A stretch of 64,000 bases of DNA from Patescibacteria group bacterium (GCA_018816445.1 JAHIVO010000061.1:305-64304), one strand, 5' to 3'. Shown: positions 17,867 to 28,233, counted from the stretch's first letter. The notes: a model not told the origin generated them from the sequence alone. Numbers and translations: made by a program.

Positions 17867-18242
17867 GCGGTGGTACACTCAAGAGGAAACCAAGAAAATT
17901 TTTTATCACCTGTCGCATAAGACTTTTGGAGGTGGGTCAGTTCGTCTTTCTTGGAGTGTGGGGTGTTGATTTTTAGTATATTTTTTCTTGATTAATGGGC
18001 TAAGTTGCGGGATAATCAAGGTGTATGATTATTATTATTATAAATCATGCTGAAACGAAAAACTAAAAAAATTAATAAAGCGGATCCGCCTTTGGTGAAG
18101 ATTTTGGCCCACGGAGTTCGGGGTTTATTATGTTGTTTTGATTTAAGGTGAGAGTCTCAGAGCACCGCGGCCGCGGGGTGAAAATCCCGCCATATGGCGG
18201 GGCGACTCGCGAAGTTAGGATCTGATGTGATATAATTAAATT

Positions 18243-18662
18243 ATGAGTACAATAAAGAGATTTAGCATTTCTCTCGACAACGCCCTCCTGGAAAAATTTA
18301 AGAGGAAGATAATGACCAAAGGCTATGCCAACCGCTCACAGGCCATGGCGGATTTAATTAGGAAATCTTTGGTAAATATAGAATGGGATGCTTCGCAAGG
18401 CGAGGTTATTGGGACAGTTACCCTCGTGTACAACCATCACCGTAAGGATATCGTCAATCAGCTTGTCTCTTTACAGCATCAATTTCACCAAGGCATTCTC
18501 GCCACGACACACATTCACATGGACAAGGAAAATTGTTTGGAGGTTTTAGTGGTTAAGGGTAAGGCGAAAAAGATTCGAGAGGTTTATAATCAGTTGGGGA
18601 GACTTAAAGGAATTAAATTCAGCGATTTATCCACAGCCACCACCGGCAGGCATTTGACTTGA
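18243..18662 (+). CDS. nikR: Nickel-responsive regulator NikR
   Basis: RFSISL..LL..F...GYANRS RHH domain; YNHH, HIHMD..NCLE. Confidence 0.95.
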   Translation: MSTIKRFSISLDNALLEKFKRKIMTKGYANRSQAMADLIRKSLVNIEWDASQGEVIGTVTLVYNHHRKDIVNQLVSLQHQFHQGILATTHIHMDKENCLEVLVVKGKAKKIREVYNQLGRLKGIKFSDLSTATTGRHLT

Positions 18663-18686
18663 TCCTTAATTTTTTTTATAATAACA

Positions 18687-18713
18687 GTGTTACGATATTT
18701 AAATTCGTAATAC
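18687..18713. promoter_or_regulatory. Candidate NikR operator
   Basis: GTGTTACGA-N9-TCGTAATAC inverted repeat between nikR and the S-component gene. Confidence 0.6.
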
Positions 18714-18740
18714 TTATTAACTATTAAACTATAATAATTT

Positions 18741-19436
18741 ATGCACATTCCAGACGGATTTTTGAATTCCGGCACCTCGGGAAGCCTGATTGTGGCAGCA
18801 GTTGGGTTTTTAAGCTTGGCAGTGAGCCGGGTGAGGCAGGGATTTTTTGAGAAAGTAAGAACGGCAACACTGGCAACGCCAGAGGGCGCTGAATTCGGCA
18901 GCACTACGGTTGCCAAGCTGACCTCATACGGCCGAAATAAAATGTTTCGCATGGCGGTAGTCGGTGCTTTTGTGTTCGCCGCGCAGATGGTAGATTTTCC
19001 GGTGGTGCACGGAACATCCGGTCATCTTTTGGGCGGTGTGCTAGCGGCAATCCTGCTCGGACCCTGGGCAGGCATGTTGGTTATTGCCGCGGTTTTGGCC
19101 GTGCAGTCGCTGATGTTCGCTGACGGCGGCCTGGTGGCTTTGGGCGCTAATATTATTAATATGGGTGTTATTGGCGCTGTTGGCGGTTATTATGCTTATA
19201 GGTTTTTGTTTAAGCGAATTAAAAAAGTTTTGCCAGCGGCTTTTATTGCGGCTTGGCTGTCCGTGGTGGTTGCCGCTTCGGTTTGCGCGGTTGAATTGTC
19301 AGTTTCAGGCACGGAAAACCTGGCGCAGTCTTTTTCAGCCATGGCAGGTATTCACGCCCTGATTGGTTTGGGAGAGGGTCTGATTACCGTTATGGTTTTA
19401 ATCGGATTAAAGCATAAGGAGAAAAACAATGAATAA
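18741..19436 (+). CDS. ECF Ni/Co transporter S component (NikM/CbiM)
   Basis: MHIPDG N-terminus, FAAQM, GTSGHLLG, FADGG, EGLIT. Confidence 0.93.
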   Translation: MHIPDGFLNSGTSGSLIVAAVGFLSLAVSRVRQGFFEKVRTATLATPEGAEFGSTTVAKLTSYGRNKMFRMAVVGAFVFAAQMVDFPVVHGTSGHLLGGVLAAILLGPWAGMLVIAAVLAVQSLMFADGGLVALGANIINMGVIGAVGGYYAYRFLFKRIKKVLPAAFIAAWLSVVVAASVCAVELSVSGTENLAQSFSAMAGIHALIGLGEGLITVMVLIGLKHKEKNNE

Positions 19437-19722
19437 AAAATATATTTATTTAGCCCTTATTGCGTTTTTAATTGGTGGCATTGTTTCCTTGTTTGCTTCT
19501 TCGTCACCAGACGGCCTGGAAAAAGTAGCTGAAGACAAAGGTTTTATTCAAACAGCTCTGGACTATCCTTTTCAAACATTGTTGCCGGATTATACTTTCC
19601 CAGTGAACAATGAATACTTAGCTACTGCCTTGGCTGGTACTATTGGTACAGTCGTGGTTTTTCTGATTATTTTGCTGGCAGGGAAGGTTTTATTTCCCGC
19701 CCGGCCCGGGGCAGGGACATGA
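19429..19722 (+). CDS. PDGLE domain protein (NikN-like)
   Basis: FASSSPDGLEKVA, LPDY, two TM helices. Confidence 0.9.
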   Translation: MNKKYIYLALIAFLIGGIVSLFASSSPDGLEKVAEDKGFIQTALDYPFQTLLPDYTFPVNNEYLATALAGTIGTVVVFLIILLAGKVLFPARPGAGT

Positions 19723-19793
19723 AATGCGGGATAGTGTCGTCACCAGAAAATTTTTTTAGTTAAAAACGACGGTAATTTTCCACTCCAGTTATT

Positions 19794-20819
19794 TCAATCA
19801 CCTAATACGTAGGCAAAAATGAGAGGCGCCACGATTGTAGCGTCGCTTTCGATGATGAAGCGCGGGGTTTCCGGTTCCAATTTATTCCAGGTGATTTTTT
19901 CGTTAGGTACGGCGCCGCTGTATGAGCCGTATGAAGTGGTACTGTCGGATATCTGACAGAAGAATTGCCACGGTCGGCATTTTCTCTGCAGGTCAAGGCG
20001 GATCAGCGGCACCACGCAAATGGGGAAATCTCCGGCTATGCCGCCGCCGATTTGGAAAAAGCCGATTCCCGCTCCCGCAGCGTCAGTTTTTTCGTACCAT
20101 TGTACAAGTTCAAGCATGTATTCAATTCCCGATTTGACCGTGTGCGGATTTTTCAATGTTTTTTGCATGATGAGTTCACTGGCGAAACTATTGCCCATAG
20201 TGCTGTCTTCCCAACCTGGTACGAATAGGGGAAGGTTTTTTTTCGCGGCCGCCAATACCCAGGAGTCTCTGGGGTTAATTTCATAGTATTGTTCAAGCTT
20301 TCCCGATAGCAAAATTTCGTAAAAGAATTCGTAAGGAAATTTGCGCTGGCCTGATTTTTCAGCTAAGGACCAGATTTCTACCATTATCTGGTCGATTTTT
20401 GTCATTGCCTCATCTTCGGGAATACAGGTATCCGTGACCCGGCTTAGGCCGCTTTGGCGGAGTTCGTTTTCCTGCTGCGCGGTCAGTTCGCGATAATGAG
20501 GCAGACGTCGGTAGTGATTATGGGCCACGAGATTGAAGATGTCCTCTTCCAGGTTGGCTCCGGTGCAACTGACGGCGTGGATTTTGTCCCGACGGATCAT
20601 TTCTGCCAGCGACACGCCCAGTTCAGCTGTACTCATAGCTCCGGCCAGAGTAGCCATCATTTGGCCGCCTTTTTGCAAGTGTTCGCAATAGGCATGAGCT
20701 GCGTCTTTGACAACTGCCGCGTTAAAATGACGGTAGTTATGGTTGATAAACTGCCGTATTTCCTTATAATTATTTTTATTTTTTGTATTGATTATCTCAT
20801 ATTGGTTATTTGTAGCCAT
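19794..20819 (-). CDS. Deoxyhypusine synthase-like family protein
   Basis: TLAGAMSTAELG, CTGANLEED, QIGGGIAGDF, SYSGAVPNEKITW, SDATIVAPL. Confidence 0.9.
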   Translation of the reverse strand: MATNNQYEIINTKNKNNYKEIRQFINHNYRHFNAAVVKDAAHAYCEHLQKGGQMMATLAGAMSTAELGVSLAEMIRRDKIHAVSCTGANLEEDIFNLVAHNHYRRLPHYRELTAQQENELRQSGLSRVTDTCIPEDEAMTKIDQIMVEIWSLAEKSGQRKFPYEFFYEILLSGKLEQYYEINPRDSWVLAAAKKNLPLFVPGWEDSTMGNSFASELIMQKTLKNPHTVKSGIEYMLELVQWYEKTDAAGAGIGFFQIGGGIAGDFPICVVPLIRLDLQRKCRPWQFFCQISDSTTSYGSYSGAVPNEKITWNKLEPETPRFIIESDATIVAPLIFAYVLGD

Positions 20820-21342
20820 AATTAAAAAACAGTTATTCAATTTAGTTAGAATGTCTTGTTAAATTAAAAATGGCTAGGCCGCAAACACCAAGTGAATAAA
20901 ATTGATGCTAGTTTTTTTCTGAATGAATATACGAAAAAATACTGCTCAAATTTGTTGAAAGCAAGATGGTTTGACTGCGGCCGTTTAATATAATTTTTAT
21001 AACGCATCTGATTGGAAAAAATATTTATTTTATTATACTACATCTGTTTTATTATACTATAATATTTGGCAATGTAAAGGTTTTTTAAAAATATTTTTTT
21101 AGGCACTTTAAAAGGAATTGAGTTATAAAATTAGAGGCGAAGAATTTCTAAGATTATATTCATTTATCTTATTGAACATTTTAAATGATTAAAAGGGTAG
21201 AGTGATAATTTTGGAGAATATGGCAGAGTTAGTGAAGTTGGTGAAGAGTAGAATAAGGGTAAGATAAGAAATTATTAAACAATTAAGTAAGTATTTAGAA
21301 AAAAGCAATATAGATTTAAAAAATGGTGATTGGTTCCTATAC

Positions 21343-21395
21343 TTGACAAAAGAAGTTGGAGGAATATACTTAATTATGGGTATATATTCATAATT
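21343..21395 (+). promoter_or_regulatory. Promoter plus candidate operator of DUF5320-DUF134 unit 2
   Basis: TTGACA-16 nt-TATACT directly followed by AATTATGGGTATATATTCATAATT. Confidence 0.65.
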
Positions 21396-21485
21396 GTTGA
21401 TAACTCATTAATTTAGCTAGTTTTGGGTAAATATTCAATATCAAAAAAGTCGAATTTAATAATTAACCAATAAGGAAATAAATAT

Positions 21486-21806
21486 ATGCCAAGACAAGAT
21501 AGTCAAGGTCCCAGATGGGGCGGCGGTCCAGGCGCTGGTTGGGGCATGGGACCCTGCGGTGCAGGTTGGGGTGGCGGCCCATGTTTCGGTAGAGGTGGAA
21601 GGCGAGGCCGAGGACGCGGCATGGGCTGGGGTTTCATGCCCAGCAGAATGTACGGCGGATATAATTACGGCTACCAACTAAGCAAGGATGACGAGCTGAA
21701 AATGATAGAAGATGAGGAAGCAGCCCTTAAAGGTGAGCTTGAGGCCTTACAGCAGGCCAAGCAGCAATTGCGATCCGAAAAAAATCCGCCAAAAGCGGGC
21801 AAGTAA
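21486..21806 (+). CDS. DUF5320 family protein, copy 2
   Basis: Paralog of 6995-7261. Confidence 0.8.
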   Translation: MPRQDSQGPRWGGGPGAGWGMGPCGAGWGGGPCFGRGGRRGRGRGMGWGFMPSRMYGGYNYGYQLSKDDELKMIEDEEAALKGELEALQQAKQQLRSEKNPPKAGK

Positions 21807-21916
21807 GATAGTCCTGTTCCATTAACTCTAAATAATGGGCTAGAGCTTTGAACATTCAACAGGACTATCTTTAGCCCAATTTTTAATCAGTTTATAATAG
21901 TAAATCAAATAAATTT

Positions 21917-22099
21917 ATGACAATAGGAGATCAGGCAGGAGGTGGCCGTGTATTAAGTGGCCGTGGTTTGGGACCGGCCGGTTCAAGTATTTGCGTTTGT
22001 CCGAAGTGTGACTATAAAGAAGCACACAAACGTGGTGTGCCCTGCAATCAGATATCGTGTCCTAAATGTGGAACAAAGATGAGGGGTGAAAATTGCTAG
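21917..22099 (+). CDS. Small Cys-rich (zinc-ribbon/Fe-S-like) protein
   Basis: CVCPKC..H..GVPC....CPKCGTKM. Confidence 0.75.
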   Translation: MTIGDQAGGGRVLSGRGLGPAGSSICVCPKCDYKEAHKRGVPCNQISCPKCGTKMRGENC

Positions 22100-22108
22100 G
22101 GTATACAT

Positions 22109-22384
22109 ATGCCACGACCCCAATTATATCGGAGAATTAAATTTAGCCCACGAGTCACTTATTTTAAGCCGCAGGGTATTCCTTTGCGTGCTCTTGAAGT
22201 TGTAGAGTTAAGTAAAGAAGAAGCTGAAGCCTTGCGTTTGAAGAACGTGACCGGACTTGATCAGCATGAGTGCGCTAAAAAAATGCATACTTCGCAAAGC
22301 ACGTTTCAGCGTATTTTATCGTCAGCCTATCGTAAAATCAGCTATGCCCTGATAAAAGGTAAGGCCATTTCAATAGAGAAATAA
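22109..22384 (+). CDS. DUF134 HTH protein, copy 2
   Basis: Paralog of 7440-7715. Confidence 0.9.
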   Translation: MPRPQLYRRIKFSPRVTYFKPQGIPLRALEVVELSKEEAEALRLKNVTGLDQHECAKKMHTSQSTFQRILSSAYRKISYALIKGKAISIEK

Positions 22385-22466
22385 AATATCATAAAAAGTA
22401 ATTAATTTTTTATATAAACCGTCTCATCTTCATTGTTGACAATTTTTTATTATGGTGATAATTTTA

Positions 22467-22486
22467 AAGTTAAGTATACTTAACTT
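22467..22486. promoter_or_regulatory. Candidate DtxR-family operator
   Basis: Perfect palindrome AAGTTAAGTATACTTAACTT between the promoter and the start codon. Confidence 0.7.
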
Positions 22487-22495
22487 ATAATCACT

Positions 22496-22900
22496 ATGGT
22501 TAAACAAAACCAGGAAGATTATTTGCGAGCAATCTATAACTTTTGGGAACACCATGATAGAGTTATTCGTTCCGTGGATATTGCCGGGTATTTGAATATT
22601 TCCAAAGCGTCAGTTTCTCAAATGTTAAAAAAGCTGGCTCAACAGAGGTACGTAAAAATTAAGCCTTATTCATATGTATTATTTACCACTAAAGGTTTAG
22701 CATTGGCCAAAAGATTGATGTACAAACATAGAATTATTGAAGTTTTTTTAAGGGAGATACTGGGTATTAATAAAAAGAATGTTCATGAGGAGGCAAACAG
22801 ACTCGAACACGGTTTTTCTGATGAGACAATCAGGAAATTAGCAAAATTTATAAATAATCCGAAATATTGCCCAGGTGGTAAAAAAATTCCAAAATTATAA
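22496..22900 (+). CDS. DtxR/MntR family metal-dependent repressor
   Basis: EDYLRAIY, SVSQMLKKL, KHRIIEVFL, EANRLEH, PKYCPGG. Confidence 0.92.
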   Translation: MVKQNQEDYLRAIYNFWEHHDRVIRSVDIAGYLNISKASVSQMLKKLAQQRYVKIKPYSYVLFTTKGLALAKRLMYKHRIIEVFLREILGINKKNVHEEANRLEHGFSDETIRKLAKFINNPKYCPGGKKIPKL

Positions 22901-22906
22901 AAAATT

Positions 22907-23134
22907 ATGAAACAAGCTTTAATTACTTTTAGGGAGGGCGACAAGGTAAAAATAGAATGTGTGCATTGCGGGAAGAATTTTAGGAAGCGGTTGATTGATT
23001 TAGGTTTGTTTGATGGCGCAGAAATAGAGATTATTAAAAATGATAAATACGGTCCCCTGATTCTTAAAATTTTTAATTCCCAAATTGCCTTGGGTCGAGG
23101 CCAGGCTGCTAAAATATATGGAAATAAAATCTAA
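22907..23134 (+). CDS. feoA: Ferrous iron transport protein A
   Basis: [11 protein letters not shown]...[11 protein letters not shown]. Confidence 0.9.
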   Translation: MKQALITFREGDKVKIECVHCGKNFRKRLIDLGLFDGAEIEIIKNDKYGPLILKIFNSQIALGRGQAAKIYGNKI

Positions 23135-25175
23135 TCTAATTATTGGTTTAGCCGGCAATCCTAATGTTGGTAAATCTACCTTGTTTAACACTTTAACCGG
23201 GGCTCATCAGCATGTCGGTAATTGGCCGGGCAAGACCGTAGAGAAGAAGCACGGGGAATTTACTTATTTAGACAAAAAGATTAAGGTCGTTGATTTACCC
23301 GGTTCCTACAGTCTGACTGCCTATACTGAAGAAGAGACAATCACGGCTGATTTTATTTTAGAAGAAAAACCGGATGTAGTGGTGCAGATAATTGATGCAC
23401 AGAATCTGGAAAGGAATTTGTTTCTGACCATCCAATTGATTGAACTGGGTGCTCCTTTAGTTATTGCTTTAAATATGGTTGATTTGGCAATAAATACTGA
23501 TCAGAAAATAAATATAAAAGCACTGTCTGAACTCTTATGCGTACCGGTTGTTGAAATGGATGCCAGAAGTAAAAAACATCTTGGTAGTTTTATGAAAGCT
23601 GTTTTTGAAAAAGCTTTTTCCGATAAAAAAGCGGATAAAATAAAATTAACGTACGGCACTGATATTAATGATGAGTTGGGAAAAATTAGGCAGTTTTTAC
23701 GAGAAAAAGAAAATAATGTTACTGAAGAGGAAATAAATTGGACAGCAATAAAGTTATTAGAAGGTGATTACCGGGCTGAGCAAAAAGCCAGCAATAAAGC
23801 CCATTATTCGGAACTTAAATTGTTAGTAAAAAGAAGCATTGCGCGTTTGCATAAAATTTGTAATAAGGATATTAATACAATTTTAGCTCGTGCTCGCTAT
23901 GGTTTTATCAAAGGTTTAAGCGAGGATGTTATTGGTCGACATACAATTTCCGGGCATAAAAAGTTGGCAGACAAATTTGATCACATCGTTACAAATAAGT
24001 ATTTAGGTATTCCGTTTTTTGCGATTGTGGCCTGGGTTTTGTTTCAGACGACATTTAAGTTATCAAAACCACTGATGGGCTGGATAGAGTTACTTTTTGA
24101 ATTTCTCGGCGCCAACCTCACTTCTTTAATGGCAACATGGAATGCACCTACCTGGGTAAGCTCATTGTTAGTTGATGGTGTTATTGGCGGAGTGGGCGGT
24201 GTATTGGTATTTGTCCCAATTATTGGTATTTTATTTTTACTAATGGCTTTATTGGAAGATTCCGGATATATGGCGCGAGTGGCTTATGTAATGGATAAAT
24301 TTATGCACCGCATTGGTTTGCATGGCAAAGCTTTCATCCCTCTCATATTGGGTTTTGGATGTAATGTACCTGGCATAATGGCTACACGTACTCTGCCAAC
24401 AAAAAAAGACAGGTTATTGACCATTTTAATTAATCCTTTTATGTCTTGTGGGGCCCGCTTGCCCGTATATATTTTATTTGCCGGTGCTTTTTTCTCTGCA
24501 TATCAGGGCTGGGTAATATTCTCATTATATTTTTTAGGAATTATCGTAGCTATTGTTATGGGATTCCTATTTAAAAAATTCTTATTCAAGAAACTTTCCT
24601 CGCCATTTGTAATTGAATTACCACCATATCGCTGGCCAGCCATTAAGGGTGTATTAATTCACGTTTGGGAGCGGGTTTGGATTTTTATTAAAAAAGCAGG
24701 CACAATAATTTTAGCCTTCTCTATTATAATTTGGTTGTTGGCAAGTGCGCCATTTGGCGTAGATTATGGTTCGCAGGATAGTTTGGCAGGTTCAATCGGC
24801 CAGACAATATCGCCGGTATTCAGGCCGTTGGGTTTTGACAATTGGCAGTCTTCCGTTGCTTTGATGTTCGGTTTTGTAGCAAAAGAAGTCATAGTCAGTA
24901 CCTTTGGCACGCTTTACGGCATTGATGATGTAGAAGATGGCGAGGGAGGCACTTCGTTGAGTAATGCTTTACAGGATAATTTTACGCCTTTGGCTGCATA
25001 CGCGTTTATGATATTTGTTTTATTATATGCTCCATGCTTGGCTGTTTTAGCAGTAGTTAAGCGTGAGACTAATTCTTGGAAATGGCCGTTATTTATGGTT
25101 GGGTATACAACAGCTGTTGCTTGGATTTTTGCCTTTATTGTTTATCAAGGAGGGAATTTATTAAACTTTGGATAG
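23118..25175 (+). CDS. feoB: Ferrous iron transport protein B
   Basis: [23 protein letters not shown]; [26 protein letters not shown]. Confidence 0.97.
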   Translation: MEIKSNLIIGLAGNPNVGKSTLFNTLTGAHQHVGNWPGKTVEKKHGEFTYLDKKIKVVDLPGSYSLTAYTEEETITADFILEEKPDVVVQIIDAQNLERNLFLTIQLIELGAPLVIALNMVDLAINTDQKINIKALSELLCVPVVEMDARSKKHLGSFMKAVFEKAFSDKKADKIKLTYGTDINDELGKIRQFLREKENNVTEEEINWTAIKLLEGDYRAEQKASNKAHYSELKLLVKRSIARLHKICNKDINTILARARYGFIKGLSEDVIGRHTISGHKKLADKFDHIVTNKYLGIPFFAIVAWVLFQTTFKLSKPLMGWIELLFEFLGANLTSLMATWNAPTWVSSLLVDGVIGGVGGVLVFVPIIGILFLLMALLEDSGYMARVAYVMDKFMHRIGLHGKAFIPLILGFGCNVPGIMATRTLPTKKDRLLTILINPFMSCGARLPVYILFAGAFFSAYQGWVIFSLYFLGIIVAIVMGFLFKKFLFKKLSSPFVIELPPYRWPAIKGVLIHVWERVWIFIKKAGTIILAFSIIIWLLASAPFGVDYGSQDSLAGSIGQTISPVFRPLGFDNWQSSVALMFGFVAKEVIVSTFGTLYGIDDVEDGEGGTSLSNALQDNFTPLAAYAFMIFVLLYAPCLAVLAVVKRETNSWKWPLFMVGYTTAVAWIFAFIVYQGGNLLNFG

Positions 25176-25176
25176 T

Positions 25177-25323
25177 ATGAATTTATTAGGGATTTTAATT
25201 GTTATATTAATTACCATAGCGTGTTTGGCGTATATTGTTTCTTATATAAAGAAGACATTTAATAAAGTAAATAGTTCGTGCGAGGAGTGTCCCTATTCGG
25301 ACGCTTGCAGTAAGAAGCAATGA
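25177..25323 (+). CDS. FeoB-associated Cys-rich small membrane protein
   Basis: Translated by hand, 48 aa: TM helix then CEECPYSDAC. Confidence 0.75.
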   Translation: MNLLGILIVILITIACLAYIVSYIKKTFNKVNSSCEECPYSDACSKKQ

Positions 25324-25397
25324 TTTGGTAAGTAAAATATTATTTTTTAATATTATTATTAATAAAAAAATTGCATCTAATTAGTATGGGATTCTTT

Positions 25398-26543
25398 ATG
25401 AAAAAATATTTATTTATCATTGTTATCGCTTGTTTGTTTGTTGTTCCGCTGTTAGTCAATTCGCAAGAGGTTAATATCGGCGAAGAAGAAGTTCTTAAAG
25501 CTCGTGTCATTGAAGTTATTGAACAAAATATTGTTACTTCAGAGGATGGTTCTTCCGTAATACAACAAAAACTGAAATTAAAAGGTTTATCAGGCAATTG
25601 GGCAGACAAAGAGTTTATTTTTGACGGTACACAGTATGAAGTCATTTCCGCTAGTGCATATAAAATAGGCGATAAAGTAATGGTATCTTACTCTCCGGAT
25701 ATGGAAGGTAATGACATTTTTTACGTTACTGATTATGTCAGGCAAGGTAAGATATATTGGTTAGCCTTGTTGTTTGCGATTGCAGTGATTGCAGTTGGCC
25801 GGCTAAAAGGAGTCAGGGCGTTAGTTGTTTTGGTATTAACCTTTCTGATTATTCTTGGATTTATTATCCCCAGAATTTTAGCTGGCAACAGTCCTTTGTT
25901 TATTAGTATTATTGGGTCATTATTTATTCTGATTTTAGCTATTTACATCACTGAAGGGTTTAAACGTACCTCAACAATTGCTGTTGTTTCAATATTCATT
26001 TCTTTGATTATCACCGGATTTTTATCAGTTTGGTTTACGGCACTGACTAAATTAACTGGCTTTGCGAGCGATGAAGCTATTTATTTAATGGGGCTAAAGG
26101 GCGGAGATATCAATGTTCAGGGTTTGCTTTTAGCCGGTATAATTATCGGCGCGCTTGGTGTTTTGGATGACGTGATTATTTCCCAGGTAACGTTAGTGCG
26201 GGAATTAAAACAGGCAAATCCACATCTGCCAATAAAGCAGTTGTACGGCAAGGCAATGAAGGTCGGCGTTTCCCATATGAGTGCCATGGTAAATACTCTG
26301 TTTTTGGCGTACGCGGGTGCTGCATTGCCATTACTAATATTATTCAGCGTGAAAGAACCGCCGTTTTTAACTTTAGGGCAGGTTTTAAATAATGAGATGA
26401 TTGCCACGGAAATAGTTCGGACAATAACGGGCAGTATTGGTTTGGTATTAGCCATACCGATCGCTACTCTGTTGGCGGTTCATTTTATACGGTTCACTGG
26501 GCATAAAGAGAGTGTGACGAATGAATTATCCACAATGAACTAA
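25398..26543 (+). CDS. YibE/F family membrane protein
   Basis: IGALGVLDDV, NTLFLAYAG, EIVRTITGSIG. Confidence 0.9.
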   Translation: MKKYLFIIVIACLFVVPLLVNSQEVNIGEEEVLKARVIEVIEQNIVTSEDGSSVIQQKLKLKGLSGNWADKEFIFDGTQYEVISASAYKIGDKVMVSYSPDMEGNDIFYVTDYVRQGKIYWLALLFAIAVIAVGRLKGVRALVVLVLTFLIILGFIIPRILAGNSPLFISIIGSLFILILAIYITEGFKRTSTIAVVSIFISLIITGFLSVWFTALTKLTGFASDEAIYLMGLKGGDINVQGLLLAGIIIGALGVLDDVIISQVTLVRELKQANPHLPIKQLYGKAMKVGVSHMSAMVNTLFLAYAGAALPLLILFSVKEPPFLTLGQVLNNEMIATEIVRTITGSIGLVLAIPIATLLAVHFIRFTGHKESVTNELSTMN

Positions 26544-26563
26544 TTGCAAATCATTTGCAATTA
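26541..26563. promoter_or_regulatory. Candidate Fur/Zur-family operator
   Basis: Perfect 11-1-11 palindrome TAATTGCAAAT-C-ATTTGCAATTA. Confidence 0.7.
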
Positions 26564-26588
26564 TATTCATGCCGTGCTACCATAGGTT

Positions 26589-26975
26589 ATGCCTATGGAT
26601 TTTGTGGATAACATCAAAAGAAACGATTACAAGCTGACACAGCCCCGGCTTAAGATACTACGCTGTCTTCAGAATAATCAGAAGCCGCAGACTCCTCAGG
26701 AAATTCATTTGTCATGCCGAAAACAAGGAATTGATTTAGTAACGGTATATCGCACGTTGGAGCTATTTCAACGTATTGGAATAGTTCATCGTGAGGAAAT
26801 TTTTAGAGAAACAAGATATTACCTTGACCAGAATGAACACCATCACATTGCCTGCCGAAAATGCCTTACGATTAAGTGTATCCCGTGTAAAATGGAGTTT
26901 TCTAAGATCAAAGGTTTTTCCAATATTCAGCATTTCCTAACGCTGACCGGCATATGCAAACAATGCAGTAGTTAA
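26589..26975 (+). CDS. Fur family regulator (Zur-like)
   Basis: TQPRLKIL, TVYRTL, HHHIACRKC, GICKQC; adjacent to a ZIP transporter. Confidence 0.9.
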   Translation: MPMDFVDNIKRNDYKLTQPRLKILRCLQNNQKPQTPQEIHLSCRKQGIDLVTVYRTLELFQRIGIVHREEIFRETRYYLDQNEHHHIACRKCLTIKCIPCKMEFSKIKGFSNIQHFLTLTGICKQCSS

Positions 26976-27031
26976 TTCAGTCGTTTAGTTATAAAATAAT
27001 CTTTATTAATTATAAAATGTATTAGTGTTAT

Positions 27032-27781
27032 ATGACAGAAGTTTGGTTATATACAATTTTAAGTGTTTTTATCGTTAGTCTCGTTTCTCTGATAGGTATT
27101 TTGACGATTTCAGTAAATATGGAGAAGTTAAAAAAGATTCTTCTGTTTTTAGTTAGTTTTGCGGCGGGTTCATTACTTGGTGGTGCTTTTATTCATTTAT
27201 TACCGGAAGCGTTCGGGGAGTTAGAAGATACAGCACTTTTACCCTTTTATATCCTTCTAGGGATTGTTCTATTTTTTATTTTGGAGAAAATATTGAATTG
27301 GCGCCACTGTCATATACCAACGTCAGATAAACATCCTCATCCTTTAGGTATTAATAATATTATTGGTGACGGATTCCATAATTTTATCGATGGTATGATT
27401 ATTGCCGCTAGTTATATGGTAAGTGTACCGTTGGGTATTGCTACTACAATCGCCGTTTTGTTGCATGAAATTCCGCAGGAAATAGGTGATTTTGGCATTC
27501 TTGTTTACGCTGGATACACAAAAAAGAAAGCATTATTTTTTAATTATCTTTCCGCTTTTACGGCTGTTGTGGGTGCGGTTTTAACTCTTATTATCGGTTC
27601 ATCAATTACTGGCATGAAAGATTTTTTAATTCCCTTTACCATTGGCGGTTTTATTTATATTGCCACGGCGGATTTGATCCCTGAATTAAAGAAAGAAACT
27701 GATCTTGGTAAATCAGCCTTACAGCTCGTAGCCTTTTTATTTGGGATAGGGATTATGACACTCTTACTATTATTAGAATAG
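27032..27781 (+). CDS. ZIP family metal transporter
   Basis: HLLPEA, DGFHNFIDG, HEIPQEIGDF. Confidence 0.92.
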   Translation: MTEVWLYTILSVFIVSLVSLIGILTISVNMEKLKKILLFLVSFAAGSLLGGAFIHLLPEAFGELEDTALLPFYILLGIVLFFILEKILNWRHCHIPTSDKHPHPLGINNIIGDGFHNFIDGMIIAASYMVSVPLGIATTIAVLLHEIPQEIGDFGILVYAGYTKKKALFFNYLSAFTAVVGAVLTLIIGSSITGMKDFLIPFTIGGFIYIATADLIPELKKETDLGKSALQLVAFLFGIGIMTLLLLLE

Positions 27782-28023
27782 TTAATATTACGCTGAAGTA
27801 AGCCAAATGAGTCTCAGCCAGAGGCTGATCCGCCTTTGGCGGAAATAATGAGACACCCCTATGTACTGTCTTACTTGTTCCGTTACGAGCGCGAGTTTAC
27901 GGGATTTGTCTCATTTCCTGCCCCGTTGAATGACGGGGTCGCTTCTTGAAAGACTCCCTAAAAGTTTTTGAAAAAAGCAAGCCTAATCTCGGCTCTTATT
28001 AAAAGGGATTAGCTGCTCTGTAA

Positions 28024-28218
28024 ACAACTAAGGACAATACTGTTGCCATTGAGGACTCGGCATCCGGCGTTAAGTCAGCAAAAGCTGCGGGTATTAAATG
28101 TATCGCTGTCCTTCATACTACTCATAAGGATCGCCTGTGGGAAGCTGATAAGATTGTAAATTCGATCATGGGCATTGATAGCTCGACAATCCAACAAGTA
28201 TTCCCTCATTTGCAATGA
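28024..28218 (+). pseudogene. C-terminal fragment of a HAD-family phosphatase
   Basis: TVAIEDSASGVKSAKAAGIKCIAV...EADKIV; upstream in-frame stop and no N-terminus. Confidence 0.75.
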
Positions 28219-28233
28219 ATCACAGACAGTTTA

